In this document: positions 10,667-21,247 of the stretch, piece by piece
Position numbering within the stretch: position 1 is the first letter of the stretch
How the letters are laid out: the number at the start of each line of letters is the position of its first letter
Source of the DNA: Corallochytrium limacisporum Hawaii
Taxonomy: Eukaryota; Protista; Pluriformea
Length of the DNA: 43,362 nt
Direction of reading: 5' to 3'
Assembly (NCBI GenBank): GCA_002811645.1
Contig: PDIP01000005.1
Span: 405,766 to 449,127 of the forward strand
Program-made: the position numbers and the translations under genes
Notes under the pieces: generated by a model
Told to the model about the DNA's origin: nothing
What the model saw: the letters and a program-made list of their open reading frames with translations, nothing else
Databases searched by the model: none

Positions 10667-13600
10667 TCAGAACATGCTAGTACGACGAGAGCCGTAGCCA
10701 CCGCCATCAACGGCACCGGTACCGCCAGCATTGTAGTCGCCCCGGTGAGTCTGAGCTTCGCCAGCGGCAGCAGCGTAGCCGTAGTTGTTGTATCCACCGT
10801 GACCGCCATTGCCACCGCGACCTCCGCCGCGTGACACGGCACCAGCGTATGCACCAGGACCGATGCTGGCACGAGCAGAATACGGTGCCGAGCCTTGGTC
10901 ACCGCCTTCGTAGGCAGCACCGCTGAAGTGGGCCTGGTTGACTGGAATGGGCATGGAATGGCGCGGCATAGGGTTGCCACCGGAGTTGCCGCCGGTCTCT
11001 CCAGCGCCGCCTGCTCCGTCAACACCACCCTTGCCATCCCCGGCAGAGGCTGGCGTCTTCTTAATGTAGCGACGAGCCTTCCATTCCTTGCGCTTCTGAT
11101 CGATCAAGCGTAATTCCTCCTCGCCGTGGGCAAACGCGCAGTTCTGCTTCTTGGCACACTCCCCGCCCATGTTGCGGCACAGGGAGGATTTGTAGCTGGG
11201 ATTCGAGTCAAACACATCATCCCAAGTGTGCAGGAACGCGCATTTCTGGCGGCGGCATTGGGTGCCTTCGAAAAGTGACTGACACGGCGGGGTGAGGGGC
11301 TTCTTGACCTCACCGTTTAGCAAACCCTTAAAACCAGGTGGTACGGCACCCCCGCTGATGGATGCGCGGTGGTGCATACGACCGCCCTGGCCACCGCTCG
11401 GGTCGTGCTGTGGCGGGATGCCGGAAGCGTATGACACGGACATGGCACGCGGGTGGTGGTGGCCACCGTGGGCAAATGAAGCCTGGTCGTAGCCCGCGTA
11501 TTCCCCACCGGCGACGGACTGTCGAGTGGGGGCACCCATGTTCGGTGCCATGGACCAACCGTCATCCATGCCTGCCTGGGCATTGTCGGTGCCCGGGCTG
11601 TGAGCAGGAGCAGCGTTGGAGTAGCGGAATGGGGGTTGTCCGGGGAACTCGTCCTCCTCCTCCACAGTCGCCGCCTGGTTTTCACCACCGCGGTTGCTGA
11701 GCGGGCGCTCGCTAATACTTCCGTTGCCGTTGCTTGCAGCTGTTGCCGCGGCACCTCCTGCAGCCACAGCTGCATAGCCGCCGCCGGAGTTGTAGCGGCC
11801 CATAGATCCGGGACCACCACTGCTGTTGCTGCCACTGTTGCGCACTCCAGTATCATCACTGGCCGCATCGCTCTGGCCACTCAACGGCCGCCCGTCACGC
11901 ACAGACGCGGGCATGTTTTCCCAAACGTTGCGGGCCTGATTAGAACCCAGAGAGGCACTCAACTCGCCCTCAGTGACGTTTGCATCGGCCATTGGCTTGG
12001 TGCCACCTTCAACAATCTCCACACCAAGCTCATTGGGGCTGATGGAAGCGAGCACCTTGTACATGAGAGGCATAGTCTGCAGTAGAGGCAAGACACAGCC
12101 AAATAGATTGGACACGGTGAACAGAACATTCTCTTGCGCAGAGTGGTTTCGGAGATCTGGGTTGCAGAAAAAGTCGTTGTGGTCACGCATGCTCTCCAGT
12201 TTCAGCACGCACCACTGTACTGCGGCTCGGGAATTGGCGTCGGGGCACTTGGCAGGCACCCCCTTCAGTGGGTGTAGCAGGTCATTCAATGTGGCCCCAA
12301 TGCCATTCACACTCTCCACCCCCCACAATTCGCTCATTACCACGCGCAGCACGTCGTGTACTAGCTCAGCAGCACGGATGTACATGTCCGCGGCACGATT
12401 GTACTTTTCTTCCATCTGGGCTTGCTGCTGTTGCTGCTGACCAGGTTCCTGGCTTTCGCTGCCACGGCCGGGCGTACTGGGCGTAGCGGCAGAGGTGTTG
12501 TCACCGGAAGCAGTCTTGCTGGCGGTGGCACTGTCTTCTTTACCTTCCACGGACGGCACGGTTGCGTCATCCTTGGGTGCCTCTGCTGAGCTCGGGGAGT
12601 CGGCAGTGGCAGAGGTGGGGTTGGCGTTGGGCCCCTCCTGATCCGGTGTCTCCGGCTCTACATCTGTGCCATTGCCCGAGGTGGACGTGGTGTTCCTGCG
12701 GCTGCCCATGACACGACCACCGTGGGGTTGCGCTGTGGGAAGCCGGCGGTGGGCCATGAATCGTCGTGCGTCGCGGGTGAAGCGCGCCATCTTCTGCTTC
12801 AGAACTTCCTGGGCGGCTGGGTTCTCAGCCAGGCACTGGGACCATACGCCGGCGGCCGTGTACTCGAGGCTGCTCAGTCGGCGCTCCAGGTAGTCTGTGT
12901 ACGGCTGTTCAGGATTCGGTTGATGTACACCACCGGCACTCTTACCACCGTTGCCACCGGGAGGTCCAGAGAAGGATTGAGAGATACGTCCACCCTGCTG
13001 CTGTTGCTGCTGGGCAGCGGCTGCGGCAGCCATGGCGTCTCCACCGGGGTAGAAAGCGGGAGCGTTGCGGTTCATATAGACACCAGCGGGCGAACCGCCC
13101 TGCTGGCCGTAGGGTATCTGCTGCGGACCGGTCTGACCGCCTTTGTTCGGACCGGGTCCGTAGTGGGGGTAGCCACCCTGGGCCTGCATGTGCTTCTGTG
13201 CCTGTTGCTGGCCCGGGTAGTGGTGCTGCATGGCACCGCTGACACTAGCACGGTGGCGGTATCCACCGCCCACCGGACCAGCACCGCCGGGCATGCGTTG
13301 TTGGTTCTGCTTACCACCAGCCCCATTGCCGCCGCTGTTGACAGGTGGCTGTTGCATCATCACGGCCGATTCCATGGCGTACTGATGGTACGCACCCTGC
13401 TCACCGTCGATGGAACTGCGGCTCAGCGCTTCGGTCACCACCGACGTAGCTGTGGCAGCAGCAGCGGCGGCCGCATGGTCCAAATCATCAGCTTCCATTC
13501 CCGTCTTTCCATAAGGGAACAGATTACCATATCCAGGAGGAGGTCCACCGAGGGCACCACTACCCGGTGCGCCCGGGGGACTCCAGTCGACACCCGTTGC

Positions 13601-13699
13601 AACATGGCTAATGCTTTGCGATCGCAAGCGACCTAGTGAACTTGATACGCTGTCATTGTTATTGCGGTCCATTTTCCAGGGGCCGCTGTTCTCAGCCAT
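10667..13699 (-). CDS. Tandem CCCH zinc-finger RNA-binding protein with Gly/Gln/Tyr-rich low-complexity termini and an RGG box, 1010 aa
   Basis: Single ORF. Fingers CQSLFEGTQCRRQKCAFLH and YKSSLCRNMGGECAKKQNCAFAHGEEELR (~11107-11285) carry a TIS11/Unkempt/Roquin-like YKxxLC lead-in and FAHxxEEL tail. SRGGGRGG lies near the C-terminus. Confidence 0.85.
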   Translation of the reverse strand: MAENSGPWKMDRNNNDSVSSSLGRLRSQSISHVATGVDWSPPGAPGSGALGGPPPGYGNLFPYGKTGMEADDLDHAAAAAAATATSVVTEALSRSSIDGEQGAYHQYAMESAVMMQQPPVNSGGNGAGGKQNQQRMPGGAGPVGGGYRHRASVSGAMQHHYPGQQQAQKHMQAQGGYPHYGPGPNKGGQTGPQQIPYGQQGGSPAGVYMNRNAPAFYPGGDAMAAAAAAQQQQQQGGRISQSFSGPPGGNGGKSAGGVHQPNPEQPYTDYLERRLSSLEYTAAGVWSQCLAENPAAQEVLKQKMARFTRDARRFMAHRRLPTAQPHGGRVMGSRRNTTSTSGNGTDVEPETPDQEGPNANPTSATADSPSSAEAPKDDATVPSVEGKEDSATASKTASGDNTSAATPSTPGRGSESQEPGQQQQQQAQMEEKYNRAADMYIRAAELVHDVLRVVMSELWGVESVNGIGATLNDLLHPLKGVPAKCPDANSRAAVQWCVLKLESMRDHNDFFCNPDLRNHSAQENVLFTVSNLFGCVLPLLQTMPLMYKVLASISPNELGVEIVEGGTKPMADANVTEGELSASLGSNQARNVWENMPASVRDGRPLSGQSDAASDDTGVRNSGSNSSGGPGSMGRYNSGGGYAAVAAGGAAATAASNGNGSISERPLSNRGGENQAATVEEEDEFPGQPPFRYSNAAPAHSPGTDNAQAGMDDGWSMAPNMGAPTRQSVAGGEYAGYDQASFAHGGHHHPRAMSVSYASGIPPQHDPSGGQGGRMHHRASISGGAVPPGFKGLLNGEVKKPLTPPCQSLFEGTQCRRQKCAFLHTWDDVFDSNPSYKSSLCRNMGGECAKKQNCAFAHGEEELRLIDQKRKEWKARRYIKKTPASAGDGKGGVDGAGGAGETGGNSGGNPMPRHSMPIPVNQAHFSGAAYEGGDQGSAPYSARASIGPGAYAGAVSRGGGRGGNGGHGGYNNYGYAAAAGEAQTHRGDYNAGGTGAVDGGGYGSRRTSMF

Positions 13700-15837
13700 G
13701 ACTATTGTTCTTCAAAGATTGCTTATCTTGCTTGCTTAATTTGAGTTACTGGTGCTTTAAGAGGTGTGTTGCACTATTTTGCTTAACGTTCATTAGTTAC
13801 AGTTCCTTTAGTGGACTAGTTTCGTTATCCAATTCTTCAAATTCTTAATTTCTTCTTCTTTAGGAAATATTTGTCCTCCAAAGGCTATGACATCCCAGCT
13901 GTTGATACTCTCAATTTGGTCGATTTCCAATCGTTGTCCTATACCGTTATGCCAACAATTACGACTTGAGTTTACCGCAGCGAAGAACCTTCTCTTTCGA
14001 GCTTTAGATTTTTTTCTTTATGACCTTTTTATGCAGTCAGCGCAATTGATCGCACCGACGCTGGAACAAAGTCCGAAGAACTAAAGATATCTAGTTCTTT
14101 TCTTTAAGGGCTTAGAGGCAAACATCGTCATCAATGTGTGTGAAGCCGTTTCATCTCATTTCAAATAACCGATCTAAATATGAGATCAGGGGAAACAGTA
14201 GTTTGTAAAGGCACACAGATAGGACAATATTTGAGGTACATTCTGTCTGACCTTTGATGGCCACATCAGCACTCGTCTGTTGGCACGTCCGTGTGCAAAG
14301 GCATCTGCGTACAACGCGAACTTCCGGACTAAAACCCAGGGGACAACGCAAACAGGCCTCCGCTCCTCGATCGCGACCCCCAAACCACACTCAGCGGTAG
14401 CACGCAGGCTGGCCAGCCCAGTAGTCAAGTCACCCAAGAAAACATACCAGCCACGCAGCTTCCTTTCACAGCAAGCACCCAACCTCCCGTCGCCTTCCCG
14501 GGGTCGGCCCCCCCCCCTCCTTCTCCTCCACCACCGCTTGTCTCCCCTGCTTCCCCCGAGAAAGAAAGTGTGAGACTACCGCGCGTTGGTAGATTTACAA
14601 GGGACGAAACACCCCCCCCCTCCCCTCTTCTCCTCTCTCCTTCCCCTCCGTCGCCTCGTCCTCCTCCTCCTTGTCTCCCTCCCCCCTCTTCGCGGGAGAG
14701 TGGGGCGAGAGCGTAGGATTGTGGGGGGGGGTGGGGAGGAGACGGAGGGGCTCCTCTCCCTCATCACCACCTTTTTTCTCTGTGCGTGTGTGTGAGCATA
14801 CCCAACCAACCTGCCCCCCTCCCCCCTCCTCTGGTGCCCGCGGGAGGAGGCTCGCTGTTCTTCCGAGCGGGGCGTTGGTCACTGGGCCCATTGAATCACT
14901 GAGACCCAAATAGCCACCCACGTCATGGTATATTCACTATACCCAGACGACCAGTGAGTGGTGAGCACTTGGGAAACAGAGTGGCGGCAGAGGGCAGTGG
15001 GGCCGTTTCGGCTTTGTCGCTTTCTCTCTCTCTCTCTCTCTCTCTTTGTGTATGTACCGTCGTTCTTTCGATGTTTTGGCCTTTAATTCTTCGGTTTCTT
15101 ACGATTGGCGCGCGCCCGTCTCAGTTGTGTGTGGGTGTGTGGACGATGTGCAGTCTGTCCGTGCGCGTGGGTATCGGAGTGCAGTACAAAACATACTAAC
15201 AGAAGGAGAGGACGTCTGCCCTTTTGCAACGTCGGGTTGGCGAAATCTCCAAACTTCTCGCTCTCTGAGGCCCTCCGAATGACACACAATGATTGCAAAG
15301 CTTTTTGATCCCACATTTGCGGTGCTATTCGCTTCGATTTTTAATGTCCACTTTCTTCCTTCGCCAGCTCTTCCTCTCCTTTCGATGGTAATTTTCTGAA
15401 ATCTCTCTCTTAGCTCTCTCGCTGTTCTTCTCCCCCTCTCGCGTCTCTTGGTCTCTGGCTCTCATTTCTCTCTGCGCCCCGGCCTCTCTGCTTTTTCCCG
15501 GTACTAACGATGACGCTACGGTGCCGTCAGTAATGGGCGGTCGGGTCTGTGGTCCTTGGTTGGAGGTGTTTTCTTGTGGATTGTTGTCGTTTACGTCTGC
15601 GCTCGCTATCTTACTCCTCTATGTCGTTTCACCAAAGGACCATGACGGCAAATGAATAATGAATATACTAACAATTATGTGCATGTAGGGCCTACCTTTG
15701 CTATCTTTCCTCCATCAGCCGGCCTTAGGCCATGCAAAAGATGTTGCAGATCGCGACCCCGGTCTGACCCTCCGTCATTCTCATATAAATTGTATCAAAG
15801 AATTCATAGCGAGTGATTCATACGACACGGGTTGGTG

Positions 15838-15841
<4 letters not shown>

Positions 15842-15900
<59 letters not shown>

Positions 15901-15956
15901 NNNNNNNNNNNNNNNNNNNNNNNNNNNNNNNNNNNNNNNNNNNNNNNNNNNNNNNN

Positions 15957-16017
<61 letters not shown>
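15842..16017. repeat. (GT)n microsatellite spanning an assembly gap
   Basis: Pure GT on both sides of Ns at 15901-15956. Confidence 0.97.
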
Positions 16018-16020
<3 letters not shown>

Positions 16021-17417
16021 GTAGACAAACCGGGCAAAGCGCCAAGAGACCTGTCCATTCGTCCCTTTTGAATGTACTGGCCCAGATCCCGGGTGGAGAA
16101 CACGGTCCAGGGAATATCCGCCCGCCGGGGGGATTGGGGGGTAGAGAGCGCACGCACAACGAAGTGAAAAAAACGCCAGACTCTGGAAGTTTAACGAAGA
16201 AATCAGACCATCCTTGGTCGCATTTACACTATCATCATCCCTTATCACTCCGGCATGCAAATAGGAAACATAGAAATGGAATTAAGCAGGCTGTTTATGA
16301 TGCCGGCACCATGTCCATTGACAGTACACAGACACTGCCACAAGCAAAACAGACAGATGGCGCCGGCCCGCTTGGACCGCTGACCTGGTCGGCTCCACCT
16401 TTGTGTGATGGACGATCGTTGGTATCATTGCGGAGGAGCGGGTTGGAAAGAGAAAAAAGAAAGGAAGAAAAGGTTAGGTCAAAGTGTCCAACCTGAGCAG
16501 GGCTAAAGCCATACCCTGCCGGGTCTGCAATTGTGCCCTCACGCTTAAGTTAACTTTTCCTTTACGTTCTCATTTTCGTTTTGTTTTGTTTTCGCGGGGT
16601 TGTTTCAGCGGTCTTTCTAATTCTCCTGTTTTCGGTGATGGAGCCATTCGATAATGCTCGACCGGCGGAAAAATGAAAAAAAAAGACAAGACCTTTGCTC
16701 TAGAACCCCACAGCGGGAGAGGACGATCGCCCCCCCCGGGGGGGGGAAGAGGAAGGTTCCAATTCTTCTTTGCGGGCCGAAAGTGGTAGATAAAGTAAAG
16801 AAATATGGCCCCAAGGTTGGTCAGTGTGATATTTTAAAGTAACGGTGACCTGAACCATTTGCTCGGTTCATTGTTTTGCCCGCTCGGCACCCTTGCTTAG
16901 CGAGAGTGAAACGACCTGTACCAAAAACCCTGAACATCCGAAAGAATGCGATGATCATCTCACGCAGTCTCGCAGAACACGCACAAGGAGGCACACTGAC
17001 GTTCTCCCCCGGGGAAGGGGGGGGTCGCGAACTGGGTAGAAAATTGTCCTGGCATGTTGCCATCCCTGGCAAGTTTGAGGTCGTTGTATGAGGTCCCTGG
17101 GTTTCGGGAGGTCTTACTTTTTTCTTTCCGTTCACTTTGCCCGCCCTCCCCATGTTTCTCAATGATTCTCCGATGACACGGGCGGTTCACCTGCAAAAGG
17201 CTTTGACATACAGCTCACACTCTAAGGAGCCGGTTGCATCAGCACGCACACACAACCCAATAATAACGCAATGGATGCTCTCATGCCGGACCCAACGAGG
17301 GGGGGGGGTTTGGTTGGTGCAGGGGTTAAGGAGTAGGCTTGGAACGCGAAACTAGCGGAAACGGGTCCGGTACACAGAGTAGGGGTTTCCCACTTCATCC
17401 CACTCCCTTCGTGCCAC

Positions 17418-17447
17418 TGGCTTGGTGCGGCAGCGAGACAGACAGGC

Positions 17448-17510
<63 letters not shown>

Positions 17511-17575
17511 NNNNNNNNNNNNNNNNNNNTCTCTCTCTCTCTCTCTGGCTTGGTGCGGCAGCGAGACAGACAGGC

Positions 17576-17633
<58 letters not shown>

Positions 17634-17647
17634 TGTGTGTGTGTGTG
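17418..17647. repeat. Duplicated tggcttggtgcggcagcgagacagacaggcagaca-(GA)n unit flanking a gap
   Basis: Identical ~35-bp leader at 17418 and 17546, each followed by (GA)n; Ns at 17511-17529. Confidence 0.9.
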
Positions 17648-18358
17648 GTGTGTTGTGCCTTTTTGCTGATCTCTCTCCCGCCTCTGAAATCTGTTCCCGA
17701 TCTCTGTCCGCCCCAACCATGTGGGGATGGAGAGTTGGTACACTTGGTATACGAATTCGCTTAGCCAAGCCTTTTTTCGCTCTCTGTCTGTGTCAGCCTT
17801 CTGTTCCTTTTGCTGGCTACCTTTGCCTCTTGGAAAAGGGGGTGGTTCACCCAGTACCCAGTATTCCATGCAATTTCTATATACAAATCTCCCTTGTGAG
17901 TGTTTTCGACGGGACCATCTGTGCAATATTTGGGCCCCCATGTAATCTATTGAACTGATTGAATATTTTATAGAATATCGAGTGTGAGTGCATTGCGTGG
18001 GGGGGTGGTAGGGCTGTCTGCGGGGCTTCTGGAGTGCGGGTCTCATGCGGGTGGGTGCGCGTTGGAGGTGTCAGTAAGGCCGGAGTCAACGCTGCCTTGA
18101 GATGATTATCAGAGCAATAAATCCGATCTGTGTACTCACTATGATGCTATTTCAGAAAGAACAATTAATTCACTTGTAGTTCGGCCTTCTGTGCGAGAGA
18201 CTTGTTAGAGGACCCGACATCCTTCGTTTGGGAAAGAGGTCAACTGAACGGCAGCGCAGTACAGTCCCAAAAGCGTGCCAAGCATGCAGTTCGGAGTGCA
18301 TATAAAAAAACACCGAATCACAAATTTTAGTTTAACCAAGAATTATATATAGAACACC

Positions 18359-21085
18359 ATGGGTAAGAAGGTTAAGACAGGAAAGGCCCGTAGGGACAAG
18401 TACTATCACTTGGCCAAGGAACAAGGATTTCGTGCTCGTTCAGCCTTCAAACTGATCCAGCTTAACAAGAAATTTGGCTTCCTGGAGGATATTGGGGGCA
18501 GAAAACCGAGCATTGCCATTGATCTTTGTGCGGCCCCGGGTGGTTGGATGCAAGTATGTGCAAGGCAAATGCCCGCCAAGTCTCTCATTGTGGGTGTGGA
18601 TCTTGATCCGATCAAACCCATTCCAGGCGCCATTGGGTTCCAGGGAGATATTACCACAGAAAAATGCCGCAAAGACTTGCAAGGGTACTTGAAGAATAGT
18701 AAGGCTGATGTAGTATTGCACGACGGTGCCCCCAATGTTGGTACCGCCTGGAACCAGGACGCATACGACCAGGCAGATCTGACGCTTAAGGCCTTGGCGC
18801 TGGCGGTTGAATTCTTGCGTAAGGGAGGTACATTCGTGACCAAGGTTTTCCGCTCAAAGGATTATAATAGTCTGCTATGGGTTTTCAAGAATCTTTTCCG
18901 CAAAGTGCACGGTACCAAGCCGTCCAGTAGTCGTAATGTGTCGGCCGAGATTTTTGTTGTCTGCGAGGATTTCATTGCGCCCGATAAGATCGATCCCCGA
19001 ATGTTAGATAGCCGTTCCGTCTTCGAAGACATCAGCGCGCTGAAACCAGCAAAAAATGTAATGCAACAGGAGGAGAAGTCGCATGGCAAAAAGCCCCAAG
19101 CTCAAGGTTACAGTGACAACCTGCCCATTTCCGGTTTCCTGGGCACTCCCGTATCTGTCTTTGTGAACAGCGCGGATCCCATTGGTATCCTCGGCGAATA
19201 CAATGCCTTCACCTGGGATAATGACGTGGAGAGTAAACTGTTTGCAAAGCACAATGCCACCACATCGGAAGTCCGGGCGCTCACGGAAGATTTGAAAGTT
19301 CTGGGTAAGAAGGACTTCAAGACGCTTCTAAAGTGGCGGGACGCGATGCGCGTGTTCATGTCGTCGGTCAATGATGAAGACGGTGAAGATTCAGACAATG
19401 ATGATAGGAAGACCTCTGCCCCGAATGGCCATGCTGTTGATGACAATGGTGAGGAGGACCAAGATGATGATGAGATGGATTTGGACGACGACAACGTCGT
19501 GGACCAGGTGCTTGAGGAAGCGGAGGCAGAGCTTGCCCGTAAGGAAAAGGCCAAACGCCGCAAGGAGTACAAGGCTCGCCTGAAACGCGAGGAACGCGAA
19601 GCGCTGAAGATGGGAGTCCATGAGGATCTAACCTACGAAGAGAACGGCCCGGATGAGGCGCTCTTCAGCAGCAGTGCCATCGAAGCGGCGCAGCGCAAAG
19701 CAGAACGGGAGGGCAAGAAGCAGACCTATGGAGAGCAGCAGAAGGCGAAACGTCTGCTGAAAAGTGCATACGAGGCCGCTGCAGACGGTCAGCTGGGCAA
19801 TGAGAGCGACGAAGGTGGTGCTCTCATCGACGACGAAGAAAAACAACCGGTGGAGGACGAACCGTATGTTTTTGACAGCGACAATCCAGACTCCGCCCGT
19901 GCGGAGTACGAGGACGACATGGAGCAACAGCTGGAGGAAATGTATAATCAGTACGCGGAGAGGCGCCGTGGCAAACAGGTGGCCCTGGTTGCCGAAGCCC
20001 GCCGGCAGGAAGAAGAAAAGCGCAACAAACTCATCAACATCATAAAAGGCAAGAAAGATCGCAAGGGAACCGATCCTCTGTTGGAAGGTATGTTGCTGGA
20101 CGACGATCTGGCTGATGCTGTCGACGGTGGCAACGAGGACGCAGAAATTCTGAAGATGGCTCAGAAATTTGGCTTTGTGCAGAAAGGTGACTTGCGTGCC
20201 ACCGGTGTCGAGGACACCAGTGAAATGCCGATGACCAATGGTGATGCCAAAAAGGGTAAGATTAACGTTGGGTCGAAGCAGAATGGCGGAGGGTACGACT
20301 CTGATGACACCGACTCCTCCGACGACGAGGACAGCGCTGATGAAGACAGTGACAACGATTCAGAGGACGCCATGGAAATGGCTGCCCGCGGTCTGAATGT
20401 TAACGGCGAGAACAATGGTGCGAAGGATAGTAAAATTACCGATGACGCTGAGTTTGAGGAAGTAAAGTACGAAGATCCCGAGGCTGCGAACCGCAGCTAT
20501 GTGGTCGACGCCGGCTCCTTCGCCATGGGGAAGAAGCTGGCTCAGCGAAAGAAAAAGGACGACGTTATCGACGAATACTTCAACCGCTACGCCTTTGCGG
20601 ACGATCCGGATGCACTTCCCAACTGGTTCGTGGACGATGAGAACAAGCACAACAAGCCTCAAATCCCTGTGACCAAGGAGGAAATGCAGGAATACCGCCG
20701 TCGCATGCGTGAACTGGACGCCCGACCCATCAAGAAAATTGCGGAAGCTAAGGCGCGCAAGAAAATGAAAAACGCGCGCAAGCTCGCCCGCGCTCAGAAG
20801 CGCGCACAGGCCATCACTGACTCAAAGGATATGAGCGAGGGTGAGAAGGCCAAGCGCATCGAGAGCTTGTATAAGACGGCAATGAAAGCGTCCAAGAAGG
20901 AGAAGCCTGAGGTCAAGCTTGTGGTTGCCAAGCGTGGTCTAAAGGGCCGTGGTGCACCTGGCAAGCGCAAAGGAGTCAAGATCAAAATGGTAGACAAGCG
21001 TATGAAGAAGGAATCGAGAGCCATGAAGCGGATCGAGAAACGCGGATCATCCAAGAAGCCGAAAGCGGGCAGTCGAAAGCGTTAG
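18359..21085 (+). CDS. SPB1: Pre-rRNA 2'-O-ribose methyltransferase Spb1/FTSJ3, 908 aa
   Basis: N-terminus MGKK..GKARRDKYYHLAKEQGFRARSAFKL; SAM motif DLCAAPGGW; VLHDGAPNVG; FVTKVFRSKDY; SSRNVSAEIFVVC. Spb1_C region FNRYAF..LPNWFVDDENKHNKP..ARPIKKIAEAKARKK. Confidence 0.97.
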   Translation: MGKKVKTGKARRDKYYHLAKEQGFRARSAFKLIQLNKKFGFLEDIGGRKPSIAIDLCAAPGGWMQVCARQMPAKSLIVGVDLDPIKPIPGAIGFQGDITTEKCRKDLQGYLKNSKADVVLHDGAPNVGTAWNQDAYDQADLTLKALALAVEFLRKGGTFVTKVFRSKDYNSLLWVFKNLFRKVHGTKPSSSRNVSAEIFVVCEDFIAPDKIDPRMLDSRSVFEDISALKPAKNVMQQEEKSHGKKPQAQGYSDNLPISGFLGTPVSVFVNSADPIGILGEYNAFTWDNDVESKLFAKHNATTSEVRALTEDLKVLGKKDFKTLLKWRDAMRVFMSSVNDEDGEDSDNDDRKTSAPNGHAVDDNGEEDQDDDEMDLDDDNVVDQVLEEAEAELARKEKAKRRKEYKARLKREEREALKMGVHEDLTYEENGPDEALFSSSAIEAAQRKAEREGKKQTYGEQQKAKRLLKSAYEAAADGQLGNESDEGGALIDDEEKQPVEDEPYVFDSDNPDSARAEYEDDMEQQLEEMYNQYAERRRGKQVALVAEARRQEEEKRNKLINIIKGKKDRKGTDPLLEGMLLDDDLADAVDGGNEDAEILKMAQKFGFVQKGDLRATGVEDTSEMPMTNGDAKKGKINVGSKQNGGGYDSDDTDSSDDEDSADEDSDNDSEDAMEMAARGLNVNGENNGAKDSKITDDAEFEEVKYEDPEAANRSYVVDAGSFAMGKKLAQRKKKDDVIDEYFNRYAFADDPDALPNWFVDDENKHNKPQIPVTKEEMQEYRRRMRELDARPIKKIAEAKARKKMKNARKLARAQKRAQAITDSKDMSEGEKAKRIESLYKTAMKASKKEKPEVKLVVAKRGLKGRGAPGKRKGVKIKMVDKRMKKESRAMKRIEKRGSSKKPKAGSRKR

Positions 21086-21247
21086 CCTCGGTGTCACAGC
21101 TGGGAAAGAAATATAGTCACATTGATTCCGCATTGTTCCACTATTTGTTGTTCTGTTAAGTGTATTCTTTAAAGATTTGGTAGCCATTGAGCATGATTGG
21201 TTGGGCTGTCATGCCTGCTCGTCGTGGGCTCCGTGCCTTCATCTTTA

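Noticed and set aside
17418-17647. Duplicated unit around the gap as a mobile element or repeat array
   Set aside because: Two identical copies straddling a gap within microsatellite are most simply an assembly or haplotype artefact.
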